DNA of 63,665 nt, filler included, from Rhabdomonas costata (lineage: Eukaryota), in assembly GCA_019059605.1 (NCBI GenBank). It is 39 parts of 39 records of this genome, joined end to end, with 100 filler letters (N's around TTAATTAATTAA, not from the genome) between each part and the next. Parts side by side here need not be neighbours in the genome. Positions count along the whole stretch, not along the records: positions 52,323 to 53,857 come from JAHMHO010013582.1; positions 53,958 to 55,492 come from JAHMHO010013583.1; positions 55,593 to 57,127 come from JAHMHO010013584.1; positions 57,228 to 58,762 come from JAHMHO010013585.1; positions 58,863 to 60,397 come from JAHMHO010013586.1; positions 60,498 to 62,030 come from JAHMHO010013587.1; positions 62,131 to 63,665 come from JAHMHO010013588.1; 32 more parts are not named here. One strand, given 5' to 3'. Below, one piece after another: positions 52,859-63,665 of this stretch (position 1 is the first letter of the stretch; every line of letters starts with the position of its first letter). The notes below the pieces were generated by a model. It searched no databases. It was not told where the DNA came from and worked only from the letters and a program-made list of their open reading frames with translations. The translations under genes and the position numbers were made by a program.

Positions 52859-54665
52859 TCGCTAGGGCAAGCGGTTAAAAGAACGCTGGCAAAGAAAAGG
52901 GGAGGAACCAGCGAAGTCCCAAGACCAGGAAGACAGCATCTTCAGTCAAACTCGTGGGGGTTAAAATTAAGGTTCTTTCCCGCGCCAGAAGTAGTACTGG
53001 AATGCGCTGCAGAAAGCAGAAAAAATCGTGAGCGAAGAATTGTGTTTGCGATTGAGTTGTGTGGCACAGAGACCCGGGTCATTGTTGGGGTGCAATGGTG
53101 ATATGGAATGATGCTTGGAAAGAGACCGCAACAACAACTATCAAAATCCATCCACAGTGCGCAGACTGCCGCCATAGGTCGCGTCTCAAAGGAGCAGGCT
53201 TGGCTTAGCATGAGACTTTGAGACTTTCGCGGCATAGTGTCGGGGAGAAGGTATTTGTGTTCATCGAGCGCTGCGGTGCTTGCGCTGCGAAATGCTTATC
53301 GCATGTGTGCTTTGTCACTCGGTGAGCCTGGTTTACCATAGCATTAACACTGCACGGAAACAGCCCAAATTACTTGCTATCATTCTATCTTGCACATGCT
53401 GAACAGAATCGCACTCAGAGCGCAACGCCGAGGCCCTGAAGCGCCTAGGTGAAGGAGGGGGGGAAGGCTACGTATGCCGCCAGGTGGTGCACCCCCATCC
53501 CCAGGACTTGGCCTATCCATTTTGCCAGTGTGTGATCCCCGGCGGCTCTCGGTGTTTAAATTGCTTGATATCCTCGAAGCATGCAGCTGAGGAGGGCAGA
53601 TGAGCGGGAGGATGAAGTTGCATAGCTTGACGCGATGCCCGCTGTCTCTCGGTTGCCATGGGGACACGTTGTGAAATGTTTCAACACCGAAAACGCAAAG
53701 CAAACAGACTTGTGCTAAAAGGTAAACCTTCACCACACAAAGGTGAACACACCCACAACACAAAAACGGGGTAAAAAAACTACGTCACCTCAGGAAGAAA
53801 TAAGAGAAATGAAGAAAGGATCTCGCCTGCAAAGCAGCGGACCATATAACACACAAGNNNNNNNNNNNNNNNNNNNNNNNNNNNNNNNNNNNNNNNNNNN
53901 NTTAATTAATTAANNNNNNNNNNNNNNNNNNNNNNNNNNNNNNNNNNNNNNNNNNNNGGTTGGTTGGAGGATATGAATACACCGATGACGACCTTCGCTC
54001 TTGGGATGCCGAGGTCGAGCCAATATCTGCTTGGCGTTTTGATGCCTGCGTTTTGCTTTGGTGACACGACTGCGAAATCGGAAATTTGCTTTACAGTTAG
54101 ATGAAATGAATAAATGAATGATGAAGTGAATGGAAATGGGCAGAGGTTATGATTTTGTTTGTCTTGCTTGGAATTGTGATTTTATCAGGTAGGCAGGCGC
54201 GGTGATGCAGACGGTTTGTGGTTGTGGAAAAGAAACGTTTGGCAAGAAGAAAAGTGGCATTTTCAAGAGCATTCGCCGAATCGGAGCTTAATGTGGCTCA
54301 ACGGTGGTGCATGGTTTTTTGTCGACGCTTCGTGAAATCCCATGCGACTTGAAACCTGCTTCTCGACACCAAATAAACTTAGCATAAAAATGGCACTGTG
54401 GCACAGCCACAGGAGTTCTTGCAGCGGAGTTCAGCAACAAAAAGCCGATCCACTAGAAGGAACGCGAAAAGAAGGGTGTGAAGGGGATGCAAAAGACAAA
54501 AACTGAGTGAAACTGGAAATAGAAATTGGAGGTTGCGAAGAAAAGGACAAGTTGTGCATCGTTTTATTTTAAGGTTGCAAATATTTAATGGTGATGTGTT
54601 CCTTTTCGGTAGCACATCCGGCAAGTTGAGGACGTTGGTCATGTATGACATGGGTTCTTTTGCAG

Positions 54666-54878
54666 GGGTTGGGCACTACTTTTCTGAAGCACCACACCCC
54701 ATCGCAGGCTGCCCTTGCGCAGCGCTATGGGTTGAATCCCTCACGGAGACCGTACAAGAAGCTCCCGGATAAAAGAGCTGGGCTGCTGCCTGGGTACCAC
54801 CCTCGCTTCAGCCTGCGAACATTGCTGGAGGAGCTTGCAGAGTTCGGGGAGACGGGTCCCCCGCCGCCGTTCGACTGA
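54666..54878 (+). CDS. Terminal exon, possibly NAD-dependent epimerase/dehydratase C-terminus
   Basis: ttgcag acceptor; KRAGLLPGYHPRFSLRTLLEEL weakly resembles KA..LLGY.P.YS. Confidence 0.35.
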   Translation, partial: GLGTTFLKHHTPSQAALAQRYGLNPSRRPYKKLPDKRAGLLPGYHPRFSLRTLLEELAEFGETGPPPPFD

Positions 54879-55770
54879 CTTCGAGAACAGAAGGGCAGGA
54901 GGCGTTGGTGATATTTGGCAAATGCACCGGACTTATGCAGATCACCTGCAGTTCGCCACAATCGTCAGATCTGCGGTTTCCGGTGCCGCATTTTCGATTC
55001 TTCAGCAACGGTTCTTTACTAATGTAATTTTGGTTTGGTGCATCCTGGGGCCGCTCGGACCTTGCTCTCGCCTTTATTTGCTGTTCTTATGCGGCGTGCG
55101 GGGCCCAGCATACTGTGCGAGTTGGTTGTGTTTTTCTTTTGTTATGAAAGGAGAAGCAATCAGGAGTGTCGATGAGTGGAGAAGGAGAGACTAAAGGAAC
55201 TGCTTAAACGCTGTCGTTCAAGTATATGCGCGGAAATCAAATGGCTCACTGGCTCACTGTTAAGTGGAGAGCCTCACCTCGGGCTCTCACTCCTCAACCT
55301 TGGCATGAAATTCTCGTCGGCAAGAAACAACAAGTGTTCAATGATCAGCTCCAATATAACAAAAGGGAATTCTAGAGTGTACGCGGAAAGCGTTTGCGCA
55401 AGGGGGTGGGTTGAAGCGAACCATCCGAAGCGGGGTACGAATGAATGTGTCATTTTGAGTGGTGCGGAAAATGACAGAATGAAAACAAAAAANNNNNNNN
55501 NNNNNNNNNNNNNNNNNNNNNNNNNNNNNNNNNNNNTTAATTAATTAANNNNNNNNNNNNNNNNNNNNNNNNNNNNNNNNNNNNNNNNNNNNGGGGGGGG
55601 GGGGGATGAGATTCGAGATGACGGCACGATTGTGAAGAAGCATTCATTTACGGCACTTCTTGCGGTTTGTGCAGTTGGGACTGCAGCAGAATTCTTCCTT
55701 CTATCTTAGATATTTATGCTTGCGCTCTCCCCTCATCAGCGTGATGTTCCACACCCTATCGCATGTGCAG

Positions 55771-56593
55771 GTGGTCACCGCAGATGAGAAAGAGAGCAGT
55801 GGCCTTCGCGAGCTGCTTAATTATGGCCACAGCATGGGCCACGCCGTTGAAGCGCTCACTCAACCAGGCACGTCTGGTTCCCGCTGCAAGTTTATTTGTA
55901 CCTCATGGAAGAGTGATAGTATAGTGATGCCCCGCCACCGACAGATTTTCAATGGAAGTGACAAGGAATGGTGTGATTTCGTGAACATAAAGTTTCATAG
56001 TGTGGCGAAGTGTGTTTTCATTTTTTTCGCCCGAAGGATTGCACTGTGGTGACCAAGCCAGCGGGTTGCGGCTTGGTCAGCGGTTTTATCGGGAGCTAAA
56101 TAGAAGAAGTTCTGCACAAGCCGAAGCATAGGAAACGGCCGCGCTCCGGCACTTGCACCCCAAGTTGTGTATGTCAGCCATTAACAAGTGAGGTGACGAG
56201 AAACGAACTTTGTCGAAGAGCTCCCGAATCACGTAATTCTGCCGTTTTCTCCATCGTTTAGGGATGCTTCATGGGGAGGCCATTGCAATTGGAATGGTCA
56301 AGGAGGCTCAGCTGGCGCGGTTCTTGGGGTATCTCAGCCCCGCAAATGTGGGTCGCTTGACTCGATGCATTCAGGAATGCCTGGCTTGCGCGTGCAATTC
56401 TGTACTGAACGGACGAGTTTCTGAATAAGGAATAAGCTTGGTTTCATTGCAGGACTACCACCTCCCGACCGCTGTGCCAAGCTTCCTGTCCCTGGGCGAC
56501 CTAATGGAGAAAATGGCTGTCGACAAGAAGAACAAGGGAGGGAAAAAATATATTGTGCTGCTGAAAACTCTGGGGGAATGCGCTGAAAAAAAG
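55771..56593 (+). CDS. aroB: 3-dehydroquinate synthase (AROM-type), exons 55771-55867, 56262-56374, 56453-56593
   Basis: [49 protein letters not shown]...YHLPT...[17 protein letters not shown]. Confidence 0.93.
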
Positions 56594-57745
56594 GTACACA
56601 TCTCCCCTTACCTGACTGCTGTCTTGATTTTTTACTTTTCCTACATTATCATCGGATTTGCACACCAAATAAACGAGTGCTGTGAATTCACTGAGCATGC
56701 AATCAGGGATGTAAGCAAGCAGTCGGAAGCAAATCACGTGCTTCCTTGGCTTTATTGGTTCGCAAAGATCAGGCAATTAAAATTTATTTGATTTAGATTA
56801 AATTTTTGCCTTTGTCCAGCTTTATGTGTTGTTCAGCTTCGTGTCTGAATCGCTTCCAATACGAAACTTTATTGTTCTTACAAACTCAGCAGGCACTGAT
56901 TACACATCAACGCTCAGAAATTCTGAACGTTTTCCTTTGTGGGTTTCTCATTGTAAGGATTTTTGACTGTAGCCTGTCGTCTTGGGTGTTTATTCCCCGA
57001 CTTTAACCACCAGAGAAGAAGTTGTCAGCCGTTCTTCTTTCGTCTTTTTTTTGGTGTTATTTTGCTTTTTGTTGGGTGGTGTGAAAGTCGTCAAAGAACA
57101 CCAAAAACACTAAATACACCCAATACANNNNNNNNNNNNNNNNNNNNNNNNNNNNNNNNNNNNNNNNNNNNTTAATTAATTAANNNNNNNNNNNNNNNNN
57201 NNNNNNNNNNNNNNNNNNNNNNNNNNNCAATTCGTCAGACAAATGGATCCTACCACACCCAATGCCTTTTTTCTTCCTCACCCTCTCCTCCGCTTCCTGT
57301 GATTTCTTCCTTTTTAGATTTTCTAACCTTCTACATCTCAGCACCCTCCAAATTTGCACGCTGGTGGGCGGCTGCTGTGGGAAGATGGAATTCTCGACTG
57401 AGTTTACATCCTGATCATTTCACACCCGAACCTACGTTGTCGATGGCTTGCCGGGTGGAATTTGCACCATTGCAAAGCGGCACGTTTTTCACCAACCGTA
57501 GATTTTAGCTCTTTTTCGGGGCCGTTTTGTCCTAGTGAAAGTCAAGGAAACCAATCGATAGAATCATGGTACGTTTTCTTTGATGGAGTATGCAGACAAA
57601 AAAGGTTTTGGATTTGGGGAATTCCTTATTGTCGGTCTCTCGTGTGCGGTGCAGGCTATTTTTTATCTTTTCTCATTGAATGTGAAGTTGCATCTTGCGT
57701 GAGCCCTTCCGAGTGTTGTAGAGATTTGGTGCGGCAGTGAGGTTG

Positions 57746-58762
57746 ATGGCAGTGACCGCCGAGGCTCAGAAGAAAACTGTGTCGGCGGTGGACAGCGTCC
57801 GGGATGTTCTGGTCGCCCTCACCAAATCCTTCTTTCTGAGCAAGAAACTTGAAGGTGAGTCCACAAGTTCCGGAGATGGCTATTTTTTGGAGTTCCAGTG
57901 GCCCTCCAAGGATCCTCAGACGATGACGGGCACCGTTCGAGAGTTGGTGCAAGCCATGGCGCGGGAGCTCAGCGGGCAGCAGAAAATCACAATTGGCACC
58001 GATACTGCTCCCCAAGTCATTCACTTCGACAAAGATTACCCGCGTAAAGAGTTAATGTCGATTCTTTCGGAGACCACCAAGAAGTCCTTTCAAGGATCTG
58101 CGTTTGACGAGTCTGCAAACACGGGAATACTCCTGGAGCTGGCCTATAGAATGTCAGTTGCAGAGACCAAAGACCCGTTTTTCGTCACGACATTTCCCAA
58201 AGTTATGTGGCGGCAACCGGCGTTGGGCTTGGGTCTGGGAGCCTCGGACCGCATTGATCTGGTCGCTAATGGGCAAGTGGTTGCCTGCCTGTGCAAAAAG
58301 AAGGAGGGTGAAGGTCCTGCCAAGTGCGTGTGCATTGTCAGCATGCAAGTTCTTGCCGCCCTTTTCGCTGAGGCGCGAGATATCCAGCAGGTGGCCCGGT
58401 ATCTTCCCAAGGAATGGAGCGCAATCAGTGAAGCGAAGGTGGATGACATTCCCGAGCTTCTGGAAATGGTGAGAGATTCCCTCAACACCCTGTTTCAGAG
58501 CATAGGACGTCGCGCTCAGAAAAGAGTGTTGTACCTGATGAACTTAGTGGGCTCTGACCTTATTAAGTACATTCAGCTTTTTGTGCCCAAAGTTTGGGAG
58601 GATGATTTTTCCTCTGTGAGAATGAAACTTGAGTCAGCCCTTCTGGTATGCAAAAAATGGGCCGGAGTCACCAAAGAGCTTACCACGGGCACATGGGAAG
58701 AATGGTCAGGTGGGCCATACGAAGACCCATCCTTGGCAAATATGGGTTTTCGTATGGCCCAC
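57746..58762 (+). CDS. Dynein-2 heavy-chain-like protein N-terminus carrying a degenerate LysRS-like domain (partial)
   Basis: 58403-58762 aligns by eye to the DYNC2H1 tail; 57797-58408 aligns by eye to the LysRS catalytic domain; single uninterrupted frame. Confidence 0.75.
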
Positions 58763-59228
58763 NNNNNNNNNNNNNNNNNNNNNNNNNNNNNNNNNNNNNN
58801 NNNNNNTTAATTAATTAANNNNNNNNNNNNNNNNNNNNNNNNNNNNNNNNNNNNNNNNNNNNTTGTGTATTTATTTTTATTTGAAGCTGATTATATTTCT
58901 TTTTGGGTGTGGACCAAAGGACCGAACCCGCCCGCACTTGTTGCTACATTGCTTCTTGTGCAGGGCTGTTTGAAGTAGCCCCGTTTTGCCGTTTCGGGGC
59001 CTGGGCTGGTGTGGAAAGTTAGTATTAGGCTCGATCCGCAACCATCGCCAAAACTAATAAAAACTGGCAAAGGTATTCAAAAAGGCCCTTTACGCATTAC
59101 ACAGTAAAGGTAGCTAATGAATCACTTTGCTTCCTTCATGCTCAGAAGAAGATAGGCGATAAGCATCCGATCTTCCCTAGAAATCTCACCCTACTCCCTC
59201 CCGCTCCCTCGCCTCCCGCGGCTCTCAG

Positions 59229-60331
59229 TTGGCGGAATGGGACCCGGACGAGCCCTTCTCACGGTGCGTACACCTCTTCACGGGCGTGGGCGTGGAGGGG
59301 GACCCCGAGGAGCTGCTGCTGCTGCGCGATAGCTCGTGCCGCGAGGAGGGCATCGGAAAGGCCACCTCCGTGGGCAGCGACGCGGAGACAAAGACAGAGG
59401 ACATCGAAGAGGACACAGAGTCGCTGTTCCGGTGAGTGAAAAGGGAATACGGGAAGGAAAGGAAGGAAGGGCATATCTTTCTATGCTTTCATTAGGGCAG
59501 GGAGGTCAGTTTTCCTCTGCAGATATTCTCTCGGGGCTTTGCGATCGAGTATTTGGCTAGAAAACGAGCATTAGGGAAGGCCTGGAAGGTAGTCTTGCAA
59601 AAAGAACAGTTTTATTCCCCTTTGGTTCGTCATATAATTCGGTGTCTGTGTTTGTGTATGTACGTTGCGGTTGGTCATGGCGTCCGATCACCCATTTCCC
59701 TCCAATTTTAAATAACTTTTTCGGAAAAACATAGATAATGTGTGAGAAGGCGATAATGCCCTTCTTGTTGTCCGGCGATCGGGGAGCCTTCGAAGTTTGT
59801 TCTCTAGAGAAGTATTAACGATAGGAAAGAGCTGCCAAGGGGCACTCCACCACAGGCCGAGGATGACAGGTCAGAGAAGTTTGACCCCAGGAACCGGCCT
59901 GCTGTGTATACAAAAGGCCCCAGGCTGCTTCGGCTTAGCCTGAGCCTTCTGGATCCGAGTTTTTCCGCTTGTTTTTGCTTGTGTGGGCACGCGCCTTTCC
60001 AGGGGCCAGGGCTCGACGGCCTCCAACCCCTCGGTGTGCTCGCGATGCACCTCGACCTCCCGCACCTCCTCCGTTCCCCACCGAGTGCTGCACTCCTTCA
60101 AGTGCCTTGACCTCGGGGGGCCCTCCCTGGCGCTCTCCGCGGCCCCCGCCTCAGCCTCCTCCTCCTCCTCCTTGGTCTCCACTCACCCCTCCGCTCCTGT
60201 GGGCCCCACGTCAGGGCTTCGGCCGTCATCTTTGAGCTGTGGCGGCGGCGGAGGAGGAGGAGGAGGAGGAGTCTCCTTTTCCCTGTCGGCGCTTCCTTTG
60301 CCCACCGCCAGCTCTGTGGATCGGTGTGAAG
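59229..60331 (+). CDS. Unknown low-complexity protein, exons 59229-59431 and 60003-60331
   Basis: Phase-2 GT-AG join is compatible; gtgag donors. Confidence 0.6.
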
Positions 60332-60794
60332 GTGAGATGAGCCCCCCCTCATTCTCCTTCGCATATTTTCCATTCACTGTGACTGTGTACGGCTACGNNN
60401 NNNNNNNNNNNNNNNNNNNNNNNNNNNNNNNNNNNNNNNNNTTAATTAATTAANNNNNNNNNNNNNNNNNNNNNNNNNNNNNNNNNNNNNNNNNNNNGTT
60501 GGTGGTGGCTGATATGGGTTCCTCTCGCTAGCACCAGTCGTCGGTGATCAAGCACGTTCTTTGCGCGTGCATACGCTGATGAGTCACCTTGTGCTTGGCC
60601 GCCCCTTCTTCTCGGAAAAATAGCGGGATTTGCTTCCAGCTGAAATCATTGTCATGGCTGTATCACCGGTGGCTTACGAGAGCCACACACACACACTGGC
60701 TTTTAGCAGAGCTTCCAACAAGGGGGCCTTGTGACTTGTCAGCGGGCCCTTCTTTCTGGGGACATATCCGCTGCTCTGCACACCAACACTGCAG

Positions 60795-61655
60795 GCTGGC
60801 GAGTGCCGTGACTGAGCTCAACGGCGAGCGCTCTGCCGGACAGGCGCGGGCCTCGAAGCTGCAGGTTCTGGAGGAGAAGTGCAGACGGTTGCTTGCCGAA
60901 AATGAGCGGTGCCGCTCGGAGGCCATGGTGCGTGTTTTCCCTTACTGTTCCCTATATTCCCGAGCTATGGGCCAGTACTTTTAGTATACTCTTATGCTCT
61001 AAGTGTCTTTCATTTCTTCGACGTGTGCCGTTTGTGTGTGAGCCTTCACCGCAAACCGTGGGTGACATCTGACCAGGCTGGATGAAGGGGCAAGACACAT
61101 CTCAGGGCTCTCACCGCAATGGTTGCCTCGGTTTGGAGATCATGTTTTGGTTGCTTTTGCTCGAACGGTACAGTCAATCCTGAAGACTTAATTTTCTAGG
61201 TGCTTTGTTGTTTGCTTTTGGCAGCCAGGTAACACAGGGTGATCATAAGAAACGTCCAAGATGTCCGGTCCCTTCCCTACTTCAAATTACGTATATTCTG
61301 ATCCGCGAGGAGCACGTACGGAGGAACACACACATCCAGCCCTGCTTCAGCTTTTCGCTCTTGTCCAAAAAGGAGCACTGATCATCGGTAACATGCGGAA
61401 GATGCTTTACGGGTGAGGAGGGAAGCCACCTCATGATAATTTGATTTTGCACGTTTGCCTTCTTGTGAAGGCAATGCTTGTGTGATCATTGAATTCTCTT
61501 CCAAAACAAAGGACGCTGCTTGGGTGGCCAAAGTGGAGGGCCTGGAGTTTCGGGAGGGCCATGGCAGGCTTCAGGTGGAGCTGCAGGAGCAGCGGTGGTG
61601 GAGCAGCCTCCCTTTCTTCCCAGGGGCCTTTCACGAGGCTGCACATTCGCGGCAG
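60795..61655 (+). CDS. Coiled-coil protein, exons 60795-60927 and 61512-~61655
   Basis: Phase-0 join; end of second exon uncertain (possible CAG|gc). Confidence 0.5.
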
Positions 61656-63665
61656 GCATGCACTACCCGCCCCCCCTCTCCCCCCCTCTTAATGAAAGGC
61701 TCTGTGTGGCTTCTTGGGTAGCTCTGTGCATGCCCTGCAGCGTGCCTAACCCTCTCACTTTCCAACCTTACCTTGGGTCTACCGAGCTGTTTGGGGGCTT
61801 GGGGCATTTACTGGAGGTTGGTATGCTTTCATTTCTCTGCAGAGCAGCTTCGATGAAGAAGAGATCGCCGAAGGTTCTGTCTCCTTTGTTATGCATTTGT
61901 GTTTTTGACTGAGAAAGCATTCTGCAGTTCCTTTGCTCTTTTGCTGCTTTTGCGTCGGTATTTTCTTTCGTTTGTACGCAAGAAAAGGTGGCCGAGTTAC
62001 ACACGGAAAAACTCCCCACCCACAAAACCCNNNNNNNNNNNNNNNNNNNNNNNNNNNNNNNNNNNNNNNNNNNNTTAATTAATTAANNNNNNNNNNNNNN
62101 NNNNNNNNNNNNNNNNNNNNNNNNNNNNNNGTGGTTGTGGTCATTCTCACTCAACGGGTTAGACGAGTGGATTTCGGGGGCGAACCAGTGGAAGAATGTT
62201 CCTTTCCAGTGAGCCTTTTCCAATCGTTAAGAAGGGGCAGTTTTCCTTGACAGCGCGGTTTCCTCCGCCAGCTTGGGCCCAGAAAGGGCTCCTGCACAAG
62301 TTTTAAATCCCAAATCGCACACAGCTGCAAATTCTTCTTTTGCTTTTTCGCCAGGAGGTAGCCCACCCTAAGGAGCTAGAGCACCTCTAAACGATCGAAA
62401 CGAAATGGGCAGAAGAGAAATCAAGACCTTGCTGATTGCCTCGAAGAGCTTGCTCTGGGGATGGGCCCTGGACCATGACGATGCGTACAACTTGGCCCTC
62501 TCCGCACAGAGAGACCCCGAACCGGAACTGACAAAACAAGCGAAAACGAGGGCGGGCTTCCTCACCCGTCCCCACAAACGAAAGCAAAAGGCGCCAGGAG
62601 GTAGAAGTTGACAGTTAGTCAGTTATTGTGCACTTTCAGAACAGGGCAGCTCACAGCACGCATCCTTTCTGCGCAGCACTCCAGCCATTTAAATATGGTG
62701 GTGTGTATGTGCACCGCCCACATGTTAATGGGCGAAGGGAGGGAAGAAAAACGATTAGGACAGCATCATCATCAGGTTGAGCAGCATGAGGCATACAAGT
62801 GTCGAACTCAGGAAGAATTATTGAATGGCACCACTTCAGATAAGTCGGCCACACACGGGGTGTCACAAATGCCCCACCACTGTAAGCGATCCGGCACTTC
62901 AGCGATGACAGCGCGAACATAATCACGCACACACACACACTCATTTTTGTTGATGCAGTCGGACGGCCTCGTCACCCAAAAGATGATGAAGGCCCACATG
63001 CGGCTACCTCTTATTGGTGGGGATTGGCCCGACTGTGACGAGGAGATCCCTTATGTCTCGAGACATGAGGGGAAGGGGGGGTATTTCTCGAGACATGTTT
63101 GGCGGGTCAACAGTCATCAAAATTTCCTTGCAACGGTGCCACCCCACAACGAGCAAAACTTATGCTCCCAGTGCAGAGAGCTGTTGACTTGAGTTGAGTT
63201 CGGCCTCATTCTGAATTTGCTGCTCGATAGCCTCTCTTCAACCCATCTTCTGCTTGCGATCCTAAGGTCATCATCTTCTGACCACGGCGAGTCCCAGTCG
63301 TGGCGCCGTCCCTGGCGCTGTTGGCCAGGCACGCGACTTCGGGACCTTGTCGGATTCTTACTTGTTGTTCTTTAAGGCCTGCATACACACACAAACACAC
63401 ACACACACACACACAGAGAGTGGCTATATCTCGGGAACCCAAGCCCGAGGATGAAGGACCGGTCGCCCCGGTGCCCACCCGCGGTCCCTCTCATTCAGCA
63501 AAGGTCACCCAGCTATTACCGAGCAGCGTGCACCAAGGTGTTCAGGTCAAGAAAATAAAACCTCGCTGCAGTAACTCCCTGACCCCAGCATATACACATA
63601 GATACACTTTCGAAGCGATCTGCAGCAGAGCCATGACCAACCCAAGATCCAAGTATCCATCCATT

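Overview
This window is not one locus. It is 39 unrelated ~1.53-kb contigs joined by 100-nt N/TTAATTAATTAA/N spacers. The G/T-only contig starts, A/C-only contig ends and terminal fold-backs point to a whole-genome-amplified, probably single-cell, assembly. The source is an intron-rich eukaryote, most likely a euglenozoan (euglenid or diplonemid-like); this is inferred from the LRR and IPT-like protein styles and the AROM-type DHQ synthase. Recognisable exons include PRP8, SCP2-type thiolase, M3 oligopeptidase, TCAB1/WRAP53, MAPKK, MAPK, TMEM184, LRR proteins, Nup88-like, a receiver domain and 3-dehydroquinate synthase. Decayed mobile elements include CRE/SLACS-like RT and REL, a Penelope-like GIY-YIG, a gag and a MITE. 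The strongest novelty is an intronless ORF (57746-58762) in which a degenerate lysyl-tRNA-synthetase catalytic fold appears fused to the tail of a dynein-2 heavy chain, in place of the normal N-terminal dimerisation region. Other notable items are a GA-AG and a GC-AG intron in the DHQ synthase gene, a family of three non-coding, highly palindromic contigs (possibly organellar or extrachromosomal), a strand-specific structured intronic repeat, and a circular contig with permuted exons. All homologies were recognised by eye and not searched.
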